A DNA stretch of 64,000 nt from an uncultured beta proteobacterium (GTDB lineage: Bacteria > Pseudomonadota > Gammaproteobacteria > Burkholderiales > SG8-41), in assembly GCA_963828715.1 (NCBI GenBank), contig CAWHFX010000002.1, positions 617,847 to 681,846 of the forward strand, written 5' to 3'. The notes under the pieces are model-generated. The model saw only the letters and a program-made list of their open reading frames with translations. It was not told where the DNA came from and did no database searches. The translations under genes were made by a program, and so were the position numbers. Below are positions 51,655-61,458 of the stretch, piece by piece (position 1 is the first letter of the stretch; every line of letters starts with the position of its first letter).

Positions 51655-52742
51655 CCGTTCGTCTCCCGACGTGCGTTGTCGTCGACCAGATCCCAGGTCA
51701 TGGGTGTGCCCCGCTCAACCTTGCGCGTCACGCGCTTCCCGAGCAGCGCGTCCATGTGCTTCGGCGCGAGCCCGAGACCGGGCCGTATCGCGCGCAGGTT
51801 ACGTTGCGTCAGCGTGTCTCCGGGCTCGAGGTCCTCGACCACGTACAGAGAGCGCCGGAACTGGAGCGATGTGCGCTCCGCTTCCGTGGGGCCATAACGC
51901 ACATCACCGAGCGCGAGCCACGCCCGCTCGCTCTCCGCCACGAGCGTTTTCAGCTCGTCGGGTTCCAGCGAGAACGCGGAATCCACGCCGCCGTCGGCCC
52001 GGCTCAGCGTGAAATGCTTTTCGATCACGCTTGCGCCGAGTGCGACCGCGGCAACGGCCACACCGATGCCGCCGGTGTGGTCCGAAAGGCCTGCCTCGCA
52101 CGAGAACGCTTCGCGCAGTGCCTCGATCGTCCGCAGGTTCGTGTTTTCCGGAGAAGCCGGATACGTACTCGTGCATTTGAGCAGCACGAGGTCGCGGCAG
52201 CCGGCCCTGCGCGCTTCGCTCACGCTTTCCTCGAGCTCCGCCCGCGTCGCCATGCCGGTCGAGATGATCATCGGTTTCCCGGTCGCCGCGACTCTGCGGA
52301 TCAGCGGAATGTCGGTGTTTTCGAAGGAGGCGATCTTGTAGCACGGCACGTCGAGCTGCTCCAGAAAATCGACCGCGCTCGCGTCGAACGGCGCGCTGAA
52401 GCCGATCAACCCGCGGGCGCGGCAGCGCTCGAAAATCGGCGCGTGCCATTCCCACGGTGTGTGCGCCTCGTCGTAGAGATCGTGAAGGCTGCGTCCGCGC
52501 CACAGGCTGCCGGCGTCGTCGATACGGAACTCACCACGATCGACATCGATCGTCATCGTGTCCGCGGTGTAGGTCTGGATCTTCACCGCATGTGCGCCGG
52601 CATCGGCGGCTGCATCCACGATGGCCAGGGCGCGGTCGAGCGAACGGTTGTGGTTGCCCGACATCTCCGCCACGACGAACGGTCTTGCGTCGCGGGCGAT
52701 GCGCCTGCCGCCGATGGTGACCGCGGTATCGCGCTTATCCAT
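51651..52742 (-). CDS. pseI: pseudaminic acid synthase
   Basis: In ORF 51651..52877, ATG at 52742. PFVVAEMSGNHNRSLDRALAIVDAAADAGAHAVKIQTYTADTMT...YKIASFENTDIPLI...GLSDHTGGIGVAVAAVALGA plus a C-terminal SAF domain. Confidence 0.88.
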   Translation of the reverse strand: MDKRDTAVTIGGRRIARDARPFVVAEMSGNHNRSLDRALAIVDAAADAGAHAVKIQTYTADTMTIDVDRGEFRIDDAGSLWRGRSLHDLYDEAHTPWEWHAPIFERCRARGLIGFSAPFDASAVDFLEQLDVPCYKIASFENTDIPLIRRVAATGKPMIISTGMATRAELEESVSEARRAGCRDLVLLKCTSTYPASPENTNLRTIEALREAFSCEAGLSDHTGGIGVAVAAVALGASVIEKHFTLSRADGGVDSAFSLEPDELKTLVAESERAWLALGDVRYGPTEAERTSLQFRRSLYVVEDLEPGDTLTQRNLRAIRPGLGLAPKHMDALLGKRVTRKVERGTPMTWDLVDDNARRETNG

Positions 52743-52744
52743 CT

Positions 52745-54280
52745 CTATAGCTCGAGCGTCCAGATCTCGCGCACCCGTCTGTAACCGGCATTGCTGAACG
52801 CACGCAGCGACGCCACGTTCTCGCGGTGAATCTCGGCGTGCACGCGAGACGCATTCGGGCGGTGCTCCCGCAGCCACTGCGTGCCGGCGCGAAGGAGCGC
52901 AGTGCCGAGGCCGCGCCCAGCTTCTTCGGGCACCATGTATACGGAGGCGGTCGCTTCATCTCCCGCCATATCATAGCGCAGCACTCCGACCGGCCGGCCC
53001 GCAGCCTCACCGACGAGCAGCACGACGTCGGGCTCGCGCAGCACGCGTTCAAACCAGCGCCGGTGCTCGGTGAGCGCGATGGCTTGCGTGCTGTTCGAGT
53101 AGCGGCGCGTGCTCTCCGCGTTGCGCCAGGCGTATATTGCCTCGCAGTCGGACGTTTGCGCCGTCCGCAGGGAAATCGGTGCAGGCAGCATGCACGCGGC
53201 CGCACGCCGCGCGCCGAGACCATCGGTAAGCGCGGCGGCTCGCGCCGCAAGCGCCGAGAGAAGCGATGGGGTACCCGCCAGGGCGCGCAGATGAGCGCTC
53301 AGTGTCTCGGCACGCCAGTCTGTCGCGGCGCCGAGATAGATGCACGCCCGATCCGCTGCAAGATCGACCGCGACGACGTGCTGGTTTTCCGCGACGCTCA
53401 CGACGATCGCCGGCACGCCGACGGCCGCACGTTCCCAGTTCATCACGCCGCTCGCACCGATCGCAAGGTCCGCCTGTACCATGAGACCGGCCATGCGTGT
53501 CACGTCGAAATGTACCTGCCAGCCAGCCTGCCGGCAGCGCTGCTCGATCTCGGTCCGGTCTGGATGGTCGCCCGAGACGACAACGTCCGCCGATAGGCCA
53601 TCGAGCCCGGCCTGTTCGAGCGCCCGCAGCGCGCGCAGTGTCTGCCGCATGCCGTCGAAACCGCCGAAACACACGAATACACGCCGCAAGCGCCCGTCGC
53701 GCTCCGCGCTCCTTCCGCGCGCCTGCGCGAACTCCTCGCGCAGCAGCGCGAACCGCGGCCCGAGCAGGCGCTCGGCGTGCGCCGGCATACGCGCGTGGTA
53801 TCGCGTTTGCGCGTCGAGAAAAAAGTTCTGGTCCAGCAGCGCATCGCACACGTGATCGCGGTCGGCCAGATCGTCGATGACGAGAATGCGCCCGACGTGC
53901 GGCTGAACGATGCGTTCCCAGCGCGCATCCAGCGCGTAGTGATCGACGATCAGCCAGTCGGGACGGTCGCCTGCACGCAGCACCGCGGCTGTCTGGGCCG
54001 CGTCCAGTTGCTGCGGCACCGGCAGCCACGCGGCGTGTGCGAGCGGCGGGCTCCCGTCCGGCTCGAAATCGGCGGCGGGCGTGGGAACGGTTTCGAGGGC
54101 GTGCACGGGTACGCGCAGGGGCGTGACGAGAAGCTCGCGAACCCGCTCCGGAAGTCCGCGCGAGGCAAGCTCGATGCGCGCGCCGCGTTCCTTCAGTGCA
54201 TGCGCAAGCGCCATGCAGCGCGCAAGGTGTCCGCCGCCCATGGCGGCGGACGCATCACAGCGAATCACCACACGCGTCAT
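52745..54280 (-). CDS. pseG: bifunctional PseG (UDP-sugar hydrolase) / PseH (GNAT N-acetyltransferase) fusion
   Basis: N-terminal MTRVVIRCDASAAMGGGHLARCMALAHAL (PseG). C-terminal ~160 aa GNAT (ISLRTAQTSDCEAIYAWRN...GRGLGTALL...ENVASLRAFSNAGY). Confidence 0.85.
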   Translation of the reverse strand: MTRVVIRCDASAAMGGGHLARCMALAHALKERGARIELASRGLPERVRELLVTPLRVPVHALETVPTPAADFEPDGSPPLAHAAWLPVPQQLDAAQTAAVLRAGDRPDWLIVDHYALDARWERIVQPHVGRILVIDDLADRDHVCDALLDQNFFLDAQTRYHARMPAHAERLLGPRFALLREEFAQARGRSAERDGRLRRVFVCFGGFDGMRQTLRALRALEQAGLDGLSADVVVSGDHPDRTEIEQRCRQAGWQVHFDVTRMAGLMVQADLAIGASGVMNWERAAVGVPAIVVSVAENQHVVAVDLAADRACIYLGAATDWRAETLSAHLRALAGTPSLLSALAARAAALTDGLGARRAAACMLPAPISLRTAQTSDCEAIYAWRNAESTRRYSNSTQAIALTEHRRWFERVLREPDVVLLVGEAAGRPVGVLRYDMAGDEATASVYMVPEEAGRGLGTALLRAGTQWLREHRPNASRVHAEIHRENVASLRAFSNAGYRRVREIWTLEL

Positions 54281-55575
54281 TCAGCGGACCCGGAAGACCG
54301 GCTGTATCGGCGGTCCGAGAAGCCGTTTTCCGATGTCGCCGGCGTCGAGCGCTTCACGCACCGCGGTACACGCTTCCCGCTGGGCGCGGTCGAGCTGAGC
54401 AAGGTCGCTTTCGCCGTGCGCATAGCACATGTTGTACGAGCCTGCCGTCAGGATGCCGCGTCCGATCAGTTCCTGGAGAAAGAGCGACTTCACCTGCGCT
54501 GCCGTCGCTCCGGCGGCATCCCTGAACTGCATCAGGCTCCAGCTCGGTTTGCCGCAGATCGCGATCGCCGCGGAAAGCCCATTCCGCTCCACATTGGCGC
54601 GCGTCAATGCGATCACGCGCTCTCCCATCGCGTTCAGCTTCTCGTGCACCGGTTCGCGCTGCATCTTGCGTACGGTCGCGAGCGAGGCGGCAAGGCTCAC
54701 CGTTTCACCCCCGAACGTGCTCGAAAAGAAAATCTCTTCCATCTCGGCCATGTAACGCGCGCGCCCCACCACGGCGGAAATGGGAAAGCCGTTGCCCATG
54801 CTCTTGCCGAACGTTGCAAGGTCGGGAACGACGTCGAACAGCGTCTGGGCGCCGCCGATGTGGTAGCGGAAACCGGTGATGATCTCGTCGAGGATGAAAA
54901 GGGCGCCGTACTCGTGCGCGAGATCGCGAACAGCCTGCAGGTAGCCCTCCCGCGGCTCTTCCGCGTTCATCGCCTCCATCATCACCGCGGCGAACTCGCC
55001 CTTGCGGCTTTCGAGCGTGTTGCGCAGCGCGTCGAGATCGTTGTATGGAAATTTGTGCGTCAGATCGCCGACGACCGCCGGTACCCCTTTGTTGCGCGTG
55101 GTGGCGCCGATGTACCAGTCCTGCCAGCCGTGATAGCCGCATACGGCGACGCGATCGCGACCGGTGTAGGCGCGTGCGATGCGGATCGCCCCGACTCGTC
55201 GCGTCGCTGCCGTTCTTGCCGAAGCGAACCATTTCCGCGCACGGAATGAGCTCGCATAGCAACTCGGCCAGCTCGATTTCGAGCTCGGTCGCGAGACTGA
55301 ACGTGACGCCACGCTTGAGCTGAGCGGTGACGGCTTCGGTGACGTCGGGGTCATCGTAGCCGAGGATCACCGGCAGGAGGCCGTTCACGAAGTCGACGTA
55401 TTCGTTGCCGTCCACGTCCCATACATGGCTGCCGCGTCCGTGGCTCAGAAAGAGCGGCGCGGCGTTCGCCGGATACACGATGCGGCTCTTGCTGAAGGTC
55501 TGCGCTGCCGAGCGGAATGACGCGCTCCGCGCGTTCCAGCAGCGCTCGGCTTTTCTGGTATCGATCGGGCTTCAC
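54281..55575 (-). pseudogene. class-III (glutamate-1-semialdehyde aminomutase-like) aminotransferase with its reading frame broken twice
   Basis: Three consecutive frames carry one protein: MKPDRYQKSRALLERAERVIPLGS (from 55575); QTFSKSRIVYPANAAPLFLSHGRGSHVWDVDGNEYVDF...FGKNGSDATS (ORF 54705..55478); AIRIARAYTGRDRVAVCGYHGWQDWY...STFGGETVSL... (ORF 54281..55354). The shifts lie near 55500-55506 and at the C4/G4 run 55189-55192. Confidence 0.75.
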
Positions 55576-56591
55576 GCGTTTGCGCTCACGTAGGTTGGCC
55601 GCTTTGCCGTCCCGCCCGCGCGCGCAGATTCGAGTGCGGCGAGCGCGACGCTGAGAACGTCGGCTGCGTCGGCGGCGGATAGCAGTGGGGTCGTGCCCGG
55701 TTCCTCGATTTCGCGCAGGAACGCACGCATGAGGTCCTGATAGGGCTTCGCCGTATCGACCTTCGTCACCTCGTCAATTGTCTTCCACGTCCCGCCGTCC
55801 AGCGGAAAAAAACGTACGGAGCAATGCTCCGGGTCCTTGCCGTCGCTGTGCCACGCGAGCACCCCATGCGTGCCGATGATCTCGCAGCCGCGGCTCTTGC
55901 GCGGCCTCAGATAGTCGAGCTCGGCGGACGCCCGCGTGCCTGCGGCATGTTCGATCGAGAGCAGCGCGTGGTCCTCGACATCGATATCGAGGGCCGAGAG
56001 CTTCTCCGCGCGGCAGGTCACGTTCGCGACTTTACCGAAGAGCCAGGTGAGATAGTCGATCTCGTGCACGGCGTCGAGCACGACGCCGCCACCTTCGGCA
56101 CGGCGTGCGGCGTAAAGCGCGCGGTAATCGCGTCCGGGTCGCATCGACGGAAGGAAATTGCCCACGTGTGCGCGCGCGAAAAGGGGCGTGCCGACGCGGG
56201 GGAGCGATCGTTTCAACGCCGCGGGGCCGGGATGGAAACGCATGTTGCAGACGACGTAGGCCCGACGACCACGCGCATTCGCAGCATCGAGAAACTCGCG
56301 CACGCCGTCGAGATCGTGCGACAGCGGCTTTTCGACGAGAACATCCGCGCCGGCCTCGATGGCGCGCTTTGCGAGCGCCACATGCGAGCGATGAGGGGTC
56401 GCGACGACGACGGCCCGCGGTCCCCACGCCAGCGCCTCCTCGAGGGTCGCGAAGGCGATCGCTCCGGCAGCAGCTGCGCAGGTCCGTGCGTTCTCGGCAA
56501 TGCTGTCCGTGACAGCAACCGTGGCGAGCGAAGAAGCATTCTGCGCATGCCGCGTGCCGATAGAGCCGCAGCCCACGACCAGCACCTTCAT
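55572..56591 (-). CDS. Gfo/Idh/MocA-family NAD(P)-dependent oxidoreductase
   Basis: In ORF 55572..56807. ATG at 56591 (4-nt overlap with the pseF stop). MKVLVVGCGSIGTRH and VLVEKPL. Confidence 0.8.
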   Translation of the reverse strand: MKVLVVGCGSIGTRHAQNASSLATVAVTDSIAENARTCAAAAGAIAFATLEEALAWGPRAVVVATPHRSHVALAKRAIEAGADVLVEKPLSHDLDGVREFLDAANARGRRAYVVCNMRFHPGPAALKRSLPRVGTPLFARAHVGNFLPSMRPGRDYRALYAARRAEGGGVVLDAVHEIDYLTWLFGKVANVTCRAEKLSALDIDVEDHALLSIEHAAGTRASAELDYLRPRKSRGCEIIGTHGVLAWHSDGKDPEHCSVRFFPLDGGTWKTIDEVTKVDTAKPYQDLMRAFLREIEEPGTTPLLSAADAADVLSVALAALESARAGGTAKRPTYVSANA

Positions 56592-57274
56592 GCCGCGCGC
56601 CTCTGTGCGAGTGCGCGTGCAAGCTCCAGATCGGCCGGCTCGTCGATGTCGATCGAGCGCTCGCGCGGCATCACGTGACCGCGCAGGCGTGAGCCGTAGA
56701 ACGTGCGCTCGGCGCGAAATCCGCTCACGGTCACGAAGTACGTACTCCCGTTGTCGACCAGAAGCTGCGGCGTTTCCTGCGAACGCAGGTTGATGAACTC
56801 GGGCCACATCGGCGCAAGGAATCCATCCTCACGGGCGCGCAGCGCCTGCAGCGGCGGCAGCGGATACGTCGTCACCGCCATTGCGAAATCGCAGACGTCG
56901 GGTTCGAGCAGCGCGCGCGTCCGGCGGACGTCCTCGGCGTTGCGCATGGGGGCGGTCGCGAGCAGACACCCCAGCACGTCCCACTGCTGGCCCGCCGACT
57001 CTTGGTCAGCGAGAAAACCGAGGCAGACATCAGTGAGACGCGCCGTGTCGCTGGCGAGCGTGGAGGCGCGCACGTGCACTTCAGCGCCAGCGTGGCGAGC
57101 GATCTCCGCGATCTCTTCATCTTCCGTCGACACCACGACGCGGGAGAAGACACCGCTTTCAGCTGCCGCGTCGATGCTGTAGGCAATGATCGGTCGCCCG
57201 AGGAACTCGATGACGTTCTTGCGCGGCAGGCGCTTCGAGCCGCCGCGTGCCGGAATCACGCAGACTGCGCGCAT
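56588..57274 (-). CDS. pseF: acylneuraminate (pseudaminic acid) cytidylyltransferase
   Basis: VCVIPARGGSKRLPRKN at the N-terminus; 228 aa, CMP-NeuAc synthetase family. Confidence 0.85.
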   Translation of the reverse strand: MRAVCVIPARGGSKRLPRKNVIEFLGRPIIAYSIDAAAESGVFSRVVVSTEDEEIAEIARHAGAEVHVRASTLASDTARLTDVCLGFLADQESAGQQWDVLGCLLATAPMRNAEDVRRTRALLEPDVCDFAMAVTTYPLPPLQALRAREDGFLAPMWPEFINLRSQETPQLLVDNGSTYFVTVSGFRAERTFYGSRLRGHVMPRERSIDIDEPADLELARALAQRRAA

Positions 57275-58350
57275 CAGTTCGCCTTCACGGCGAGGTCTCC
57301 GTGTCGGACGATCTCGCCCGCTTGCAGGTCGCGGACGAAGGCAGACCCGAGATAAACCTCGATCTGGTCGGGTGCGACGCCGTAGCCGGGCCGCCGGAAC
57401 TCGATCGCATCCATATCGAGCACGTCGCCTTTGCGTACTGCACGCTTCACGTGCGCGCTGCGGCGAATGGCGGTGCGCTTCTCCAGCTCCGTATCAGAGA
57501 GTTGCTTGCGCGTGGAGCCCAGTGCGATTTCCAGATCGCGCACGGCACGCACGAATGCGGCCATGTCCGCGGGCTCGAGCGAGAACATATGCTCGACGCT
57601 GCGCGTCATGCGGTCATGCGTGATCGTCTTCTCGACCATGTTCGCGCCCAGCGCGATTGCGGCGATGTCCATGTCCCGGCCGGGCGTGTGATCGGAGTAG
57701 GCGATGGGAAGACCGAACATCGTCTTGAGCGTGGAGATGATGCGCAGGTTGATGCTTTCCAGCCGGGCGGGATAGCCGGACGGACAATGGTGAATCACGA
57801 CGTGTTCGTTGCCGGCGCGTCGGATTACGTCCACGGCGGCTTCTACTTCACCGATGGTCGCATTGCCGGTGTCGATCTGGATGGAGGGCAGGCGTCGGGC
57901 CGCGTGAACGATGAGCGGATAGTGATTGACGTCCGCGGACGCGATCTTCACGGAGTCGCATCCGATCGCCTGCAGAAATTCGACTTCGTCCGGGAAACCG
58001 ACCGTCGCGAAGAATGCGAGTCCCAGGCTGTCGCAATAGTTCTTGAGCTTGCGCCACTCCGATTGCGGCATGCTGCGCCGGCAGAGAATGTCGTAAAGGG
58101 GCTCGGATACCGTCTCGGTGCGCGCGGATGCGCGGTCTGCGAGGACGTCGTACGAGAAGAGCTGTTTGCGGTCGGCGACCAGGCGATCGGGATCGAGGAT
58201 CTGGTACTTGACCGCGTCCGCGCCCGCTTCGGCTGCGAGCCGCGCGAGATCGATTGCCATGTCGAGTCCGTCGTGAGTGGGACCCGCTTCGTAAACGATG
58301 AAGCAGGGCGCTCCGTCCCCGACCGTGCGTTTACCGATTGAAAATCCCAC
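57274..58350 (-). CDS. second NeuB-family (sialic-acid-synthase-like) aldolase, divergent subfamily
   Basis: 358 aa. PCFIVYEAGPTHDG (instead of SGNHNG), ADAVKYQ, VKIASADV, AYSDHTPG and a C-terminal SAF-like domain (RSAHVKRAVRKGDVL). Confidence 0.75.
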   Translation of the reverse strand: MGFSIGKRTVGDGAPCFIVYEAGPTHDGLDMAIDLARLAAEAGADAVKYQILDPDRLVADRKQLFSYDVLADRASARTETVSEPLYDILCRRSMPQSEWRKLKNYCDSLGLAFFATVGFPDEVEFLQAIGCDSVKIASADVNHYPLIVHAARRLPSIQIDTGNATIGEVEAAVDVIRRAGNEHVVIHHCPSGYPARLESINLRIISTLKTMFGLPIAYSDHTPGRDMDIAAIALGANMVEKTITHDRMTRSVEHMFSLEPADMAAFVRAVRDLEIALGSTRKQLSDTELEKRTAIRRSAHVKRAVRKGDVLDMDAIEFRRPGYGVAPDQIEVYLGSAFVRDLQAGEIVRHGDLAVKAN

Positions 58351-58352
58351 GT

Positions 58353-59558
58353 CTAACCCGACGCCGAAAGCGCCCGGCGCTGTGCGCCGGAAACGAGATC
58401 GGTCACGCCCGCGATCACGGTGGCCACGTCGGCATCGCTCATGCCGAAGTAGAGCGGTATCGTGAGCGCCTCCCGATAGTAGTGCTCCGCATGCGGCCAG
58501 CTCCCTTGCGCGAGGCCCTTCTGCCGGTAGTAAGGCTGGTAGGGCACCGGAATGTAATGCACCTGCGAGCCGATGCCGCGCTCGCGCAGCGCGAGCATCA
58601 TCTGTCCGCGCGTGAGACCGATGCGGCGAAAGTCCATGCGAGTGATGTAGAGATGATGCGCACTGCGCTCACGGTCGCGCTGCTGCGGGAGCACGATCGC
58701 TTCCATGCCCTCAAACGCCGCGTCGTAACGTCGCGCGATCTCGAGACGACGTGACAGAAACCGGTCCAGCTTCTTGAACTGAGAGATCGCGAGCGCGCAC
58801 TGGATGTCGGTCATCCGATAGTTCAGTCCCAGCGCCTGCATCTCGTAATACCACGGGTTGGGTTCGCCCTGTTCGAAGCCTTGCGTCTCTTCCACGAAAT
58901 CAGACGGAACCTTGGTCATGCCGTGATTGCGCAGGAGCAGCAGCTTGCGATAAAGCGACTGGTCGTTCGTCGTGACCATTCCGCCTTCGCCGGCCGCGAT
59001 CAACTTGACCGGATGGAACGAGAATGTGCACATGTCGGCGTAGCGGCAGTTGCCTACGCGGGAGCCGTCCGCGTAATGCGCGCCGAGCGCATGGCATGCG
59101 TCCTCGATGACGGATGCGCCATTCGCGCGCGCGATCTCGGAAATCGCCGCCATGTCGCAGGGCAGTCCCGCAAAGTGCACCGGGATCACCGCCTTGATAC
59201 CGGCTTGCGTCCGAAAGGCGTCGCGTAGCGCTTGCAGACCGAGATTGAGCGTTTCGGGATCGATGTCGGAGAACGCGGGACGCGCGCCGACGTAGAGCGC
59301 GCAATTGGCGCTGGCGAGAAATGTGTTCGGCGTCGTGAGGACCGTGTCGCCGGGGCCGAGGCCGAGCGCGAGACATGCGAGATGAAGCGCCGCCGTGCCG
59401 TTTGCAACCGACACCGCGTAACGCGCGCCGACGTAATCCGCTACGAGTCGCTCGAACGCGGCTGCCTGAGGACCCTGTGTAATCAACTCGCCGCGCATCA
59501 CTTCCGCGACAGCCTGTACGTCGTCCTCGTCGATATGGTGGCGCCCGTATGGAATCAT
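58353..59558 (-). CDS. pseC: UDP-4-amino-4,6-dideoxy-N-acetyl-beta-L-altrosamine transaminase
   Basis: In ORF 58353..59696. ATG at 59558 (4-nt overlap with the pseB stop). MIPYGRHHIDEDDVQAV...ITQGP... and FSFHPVKLIAAGEGGMV. Confidence 0.85.
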   Translation of the reverse strand: MIPYGRHHIDEDDVQAVAEVMRGELITQGPQAAAFERLVADYVGARYAVSVANGTAALHLACLALGLGPGDTVLTTPNTFLASANCALYVGARPAFSDIDPETLNLGLQALRDAFRTQAGIKAVIPVHFAGLPCDMAAISEIARANGASVIEDACHALGAHYADGSRVGNCRYADMCTFSFHPVKLIAAGEGGMVTTNDQSLYRKLLLLRNHGMTKVPSDFVEETQGFEQGEPNPWYYEMQALGLNYRMTDIQCALAISQFKKLDRFLSRRLEIARRYDAAFEGMEAIVLPQQRDRERSAHHLYITRMDFRRIGLTRGQMMLALRERGIGSQVHYIPVPYQPYYRQKGLAQGSWPHAEHYYREALTIPLYFGMSDADVATVIAGVTDLVSGAQRRALSASG

Positions 59559-60550
59559 ACTTCGATGATTTCCTTGCGCAGCAAAGCGCCCAGTTGATCG
59601 CGCGTCATCCACACCGGATTCGAATCGCTGCTGTACTGGAAGCCTTCGCGCACCGGTTCGCCCCCGCTTGCTTCCAGGTATTCCGCGCGATCCCACCAGA
59701 CGTCGTTCGGCTGAATGACGTAATGATCCCGGAACTCGACCGTGTGATAGGCGTCATCGGCCGTGATCAGCATTTCGTGCAGCTTCTCGCCGGGGCGGAC
59801 GCCGATGATCTCGGTGCGGCACTCCGGTGCAACCACCTTCGCGACATCCATGATGTTCATGCTCGGGATCTTCGGCACGAAGATTTCGCCCCCGTGCATG
59901 CGCGCGACGCTGTCGAGCACGAACTGAACGCCCTGACCGAGCGTGATCCAGAAACGCGTCATCCGCTCGTCGGTGATCGGAAGCACACCGTTCTTGCGAC
60001 ATTGCATGAAGAAGGGAATGACGCTGCCGCGCGACCCGATGACGTTGCCGTAACGCACCACCGAGAAGCGCGTTCGATGCCGCCCCGAAAGCGTATTCGC
60101 CGCTATGAAAAGCTTGTCGGCGCACAGCTTGGTCGCACCGTAGAGATTGACCGGGTTCGCGGCCTTATCGGTGGAAAGGGCGATCACGTGCTGCACTTCC
60201 TGGTCGATGCACACGTTGATCACGTTCTCGGCACCCATGATGTTCGTCTTGATCGCCTCCATCGGGTTGTACTCCGAGGCGGGCACCTGCTTCATCGCGG
60301 CCGCATGGATCACGACCTTGATGCCGTCGAACGCGCGGTAGAGTCGTTCCTTGTCGCGAACGTCGCCGAGGAAGTAGCGCAGGTTCGGCGCCTTCAAGAC
60401 CTGCTGCATCTCGAACTGCTTCAGCTCGTCGCGGCTGAAGACGACCAGCCGCTTGGGACTGTGCTGTTCGAGGACGGCGCGGACAAAGCGCTTACCGAAC
60501 GATCCCGTGGCACCGGTGACCAAAACCTCTTTATCGTCGAGAAAAGACAT
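59555..60550 (-). CDS. pseB: UDP-N-acetylglucosamine 4,6-dehydratase (inverting)
   Basis: VLVTGATGSFGKRF, AAAMKQVPASEYNPMEAIKTNIMGAENV and STDKAANPVNLYGATKL. Confidence 0.9.
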   Translation of the reverse strand: MSFLDDKEVLVTGATGSFGKRFVRAVLEQHSPKRLVVFSRDELKQFEMQQVLKAPNLRYFLGDVRDKERLYRAFDGIKVVIHAAAMKQVPASEYNPMEAIKTNIMGAENVINVCIDQEVQHVIALSTDKAANPVNLYGATKLCADKLFIAANTLSGRHRTRFSVVRYGNVIGSRGSVIPFFMQCRKNGVLPITDERMTRFWITLGQGVQFVLDSVARMHGGEIFVPKIPSMNIMDVAKVVAPECRTEIIGVRPGEKLHEMLITADDAYHTVEFRDHYVIQPNDVWWDRAEYLEASGGEPVREGFQYSSDSNPVWMTRDQLGALLRKEIIEV

Positions 60551-60552
60551 GA

Positions 60553-61458
60553 CTACTCCGTTACCGCCGCCCGCAGCTCTCCGCGGCGGCCCGCGCGTTC
60601 CTGGCTTTGCAGAAGTTCAAGAAACTCGGCGACGGAGCCGAGCGAACTGCCGAGGCGTTCGCGCGCCTTCGCGTTGTCGAGAGACATGTCGGGCGGGCGC
60701 TTTGCCGAGAGATTCGAAGCAGCGATTTTAGCAGGTATTAACAATGACCTAGTCAGCTCGAAGGCGTCGGCCAGCTGCACTCCGAAGTCGTACTTCGACA
60801 CGCGTTCTTCTCCCACTATGTTGTGGATTCCGGATGCGCCGAGTGCCAGCAGCCGATGCGCATGAATGGCAAGGCGGTCGGCGATGATCGGTGTGATGAA
60901 GACGTCGTCGAACATCGTAAGCGGCGTGTCGGCGCGAAGGTTGTAGTAAATCCAGTCGCTGAACGACTGCCGCAGCCGGTGTCCCCATCCGAAGAAGTTC
61001 GTGCGCACGAGGAGCGCCTGGGCGTTCTCTTCCCGTACCCACTCTTCTGCGAGCAGCTTCGTGCGCGCATACACGTTGAGGGGCTCGGGAATGTCCGTCT
61101 CGGTGTAGAACGCACGCTTGCCGGCGAACAGGTGGTCTGTCGAGATGTGAATGAGTCGGGCCCCGCTGCGGGCAGCGGCGCGTGCGACATTGCGCGCGAG
61201 ATCCGCGTTCGCGTGCTGTGCGAGCGCCGGATCGTGCTCGCAATCTTCAACGCTCGTGAGCCCGGCGGTGTGGACGATCACCTCCGGCGCGATGCGCTCG
61301 AACTCGCGCGTGAGCGCATCCGCATCGTCGAGTGCCAGCGGCGTGGTCGTCGCGCCTGCAAGGGACACGCGTCGCGTGTGCGTCGCGAGCACTACGTCGT
61401 GCTCGCCGCGGATAGCGCACGCCCAGTTCAGCGCGAGCAGGCCGCTGCCTCCGGTCAA
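60553..61458 (-). CDS. RmlD-substrate-binding-domain SDR reductase (sugar 4-ketoreductase-like)
   Basis: TGGSGLL Rossmann motif and YARTKLLAE (YxxxK). The track start is a TTG. The expected N-terminus (M)KVLLTGGSG would need a CTG at 61470. Confidence 0.7.
   Translation of the reverse strand: MTGGSGLLALNWACAIRGEHDVVLATHTRRVSLAGATTTPLALDDADALTREFERIAPEVIVHTAGLTSVEDCEHDPALAQHANADLARNVARAAARSGARLIHISTDHLFAGKRAFYTETDIPEPLNVYARTKLLAEEWVREENAQALLVRTNFFGWGHRLRQSFSDWIYYNLRADTPLTMFDDVFITPIIADRLAIHAHRLLALGASGIHNIVGEERVSKYDFGVQLADAFELTRSLLIPAKIAASNLSAKRPPDMSLDNAKARERLGSSLGSVAEFLELLQSQERAGRRGELRAAVTE

Noticed and set aside
47940-55249. Plus-strand ORFs 47940..49523, 49291..50943, 51636..52784 and 53777..55249
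   Set aside because: All are antisense to strongly supported HisF/HisH-like, KASIII, PseI, PseG-H and aminotransferase genes. They have no motifs.
59549-60865. 438 aa + strand ORF
   Set aside because: It is antisense to pseB and the RmlD-like reductase.
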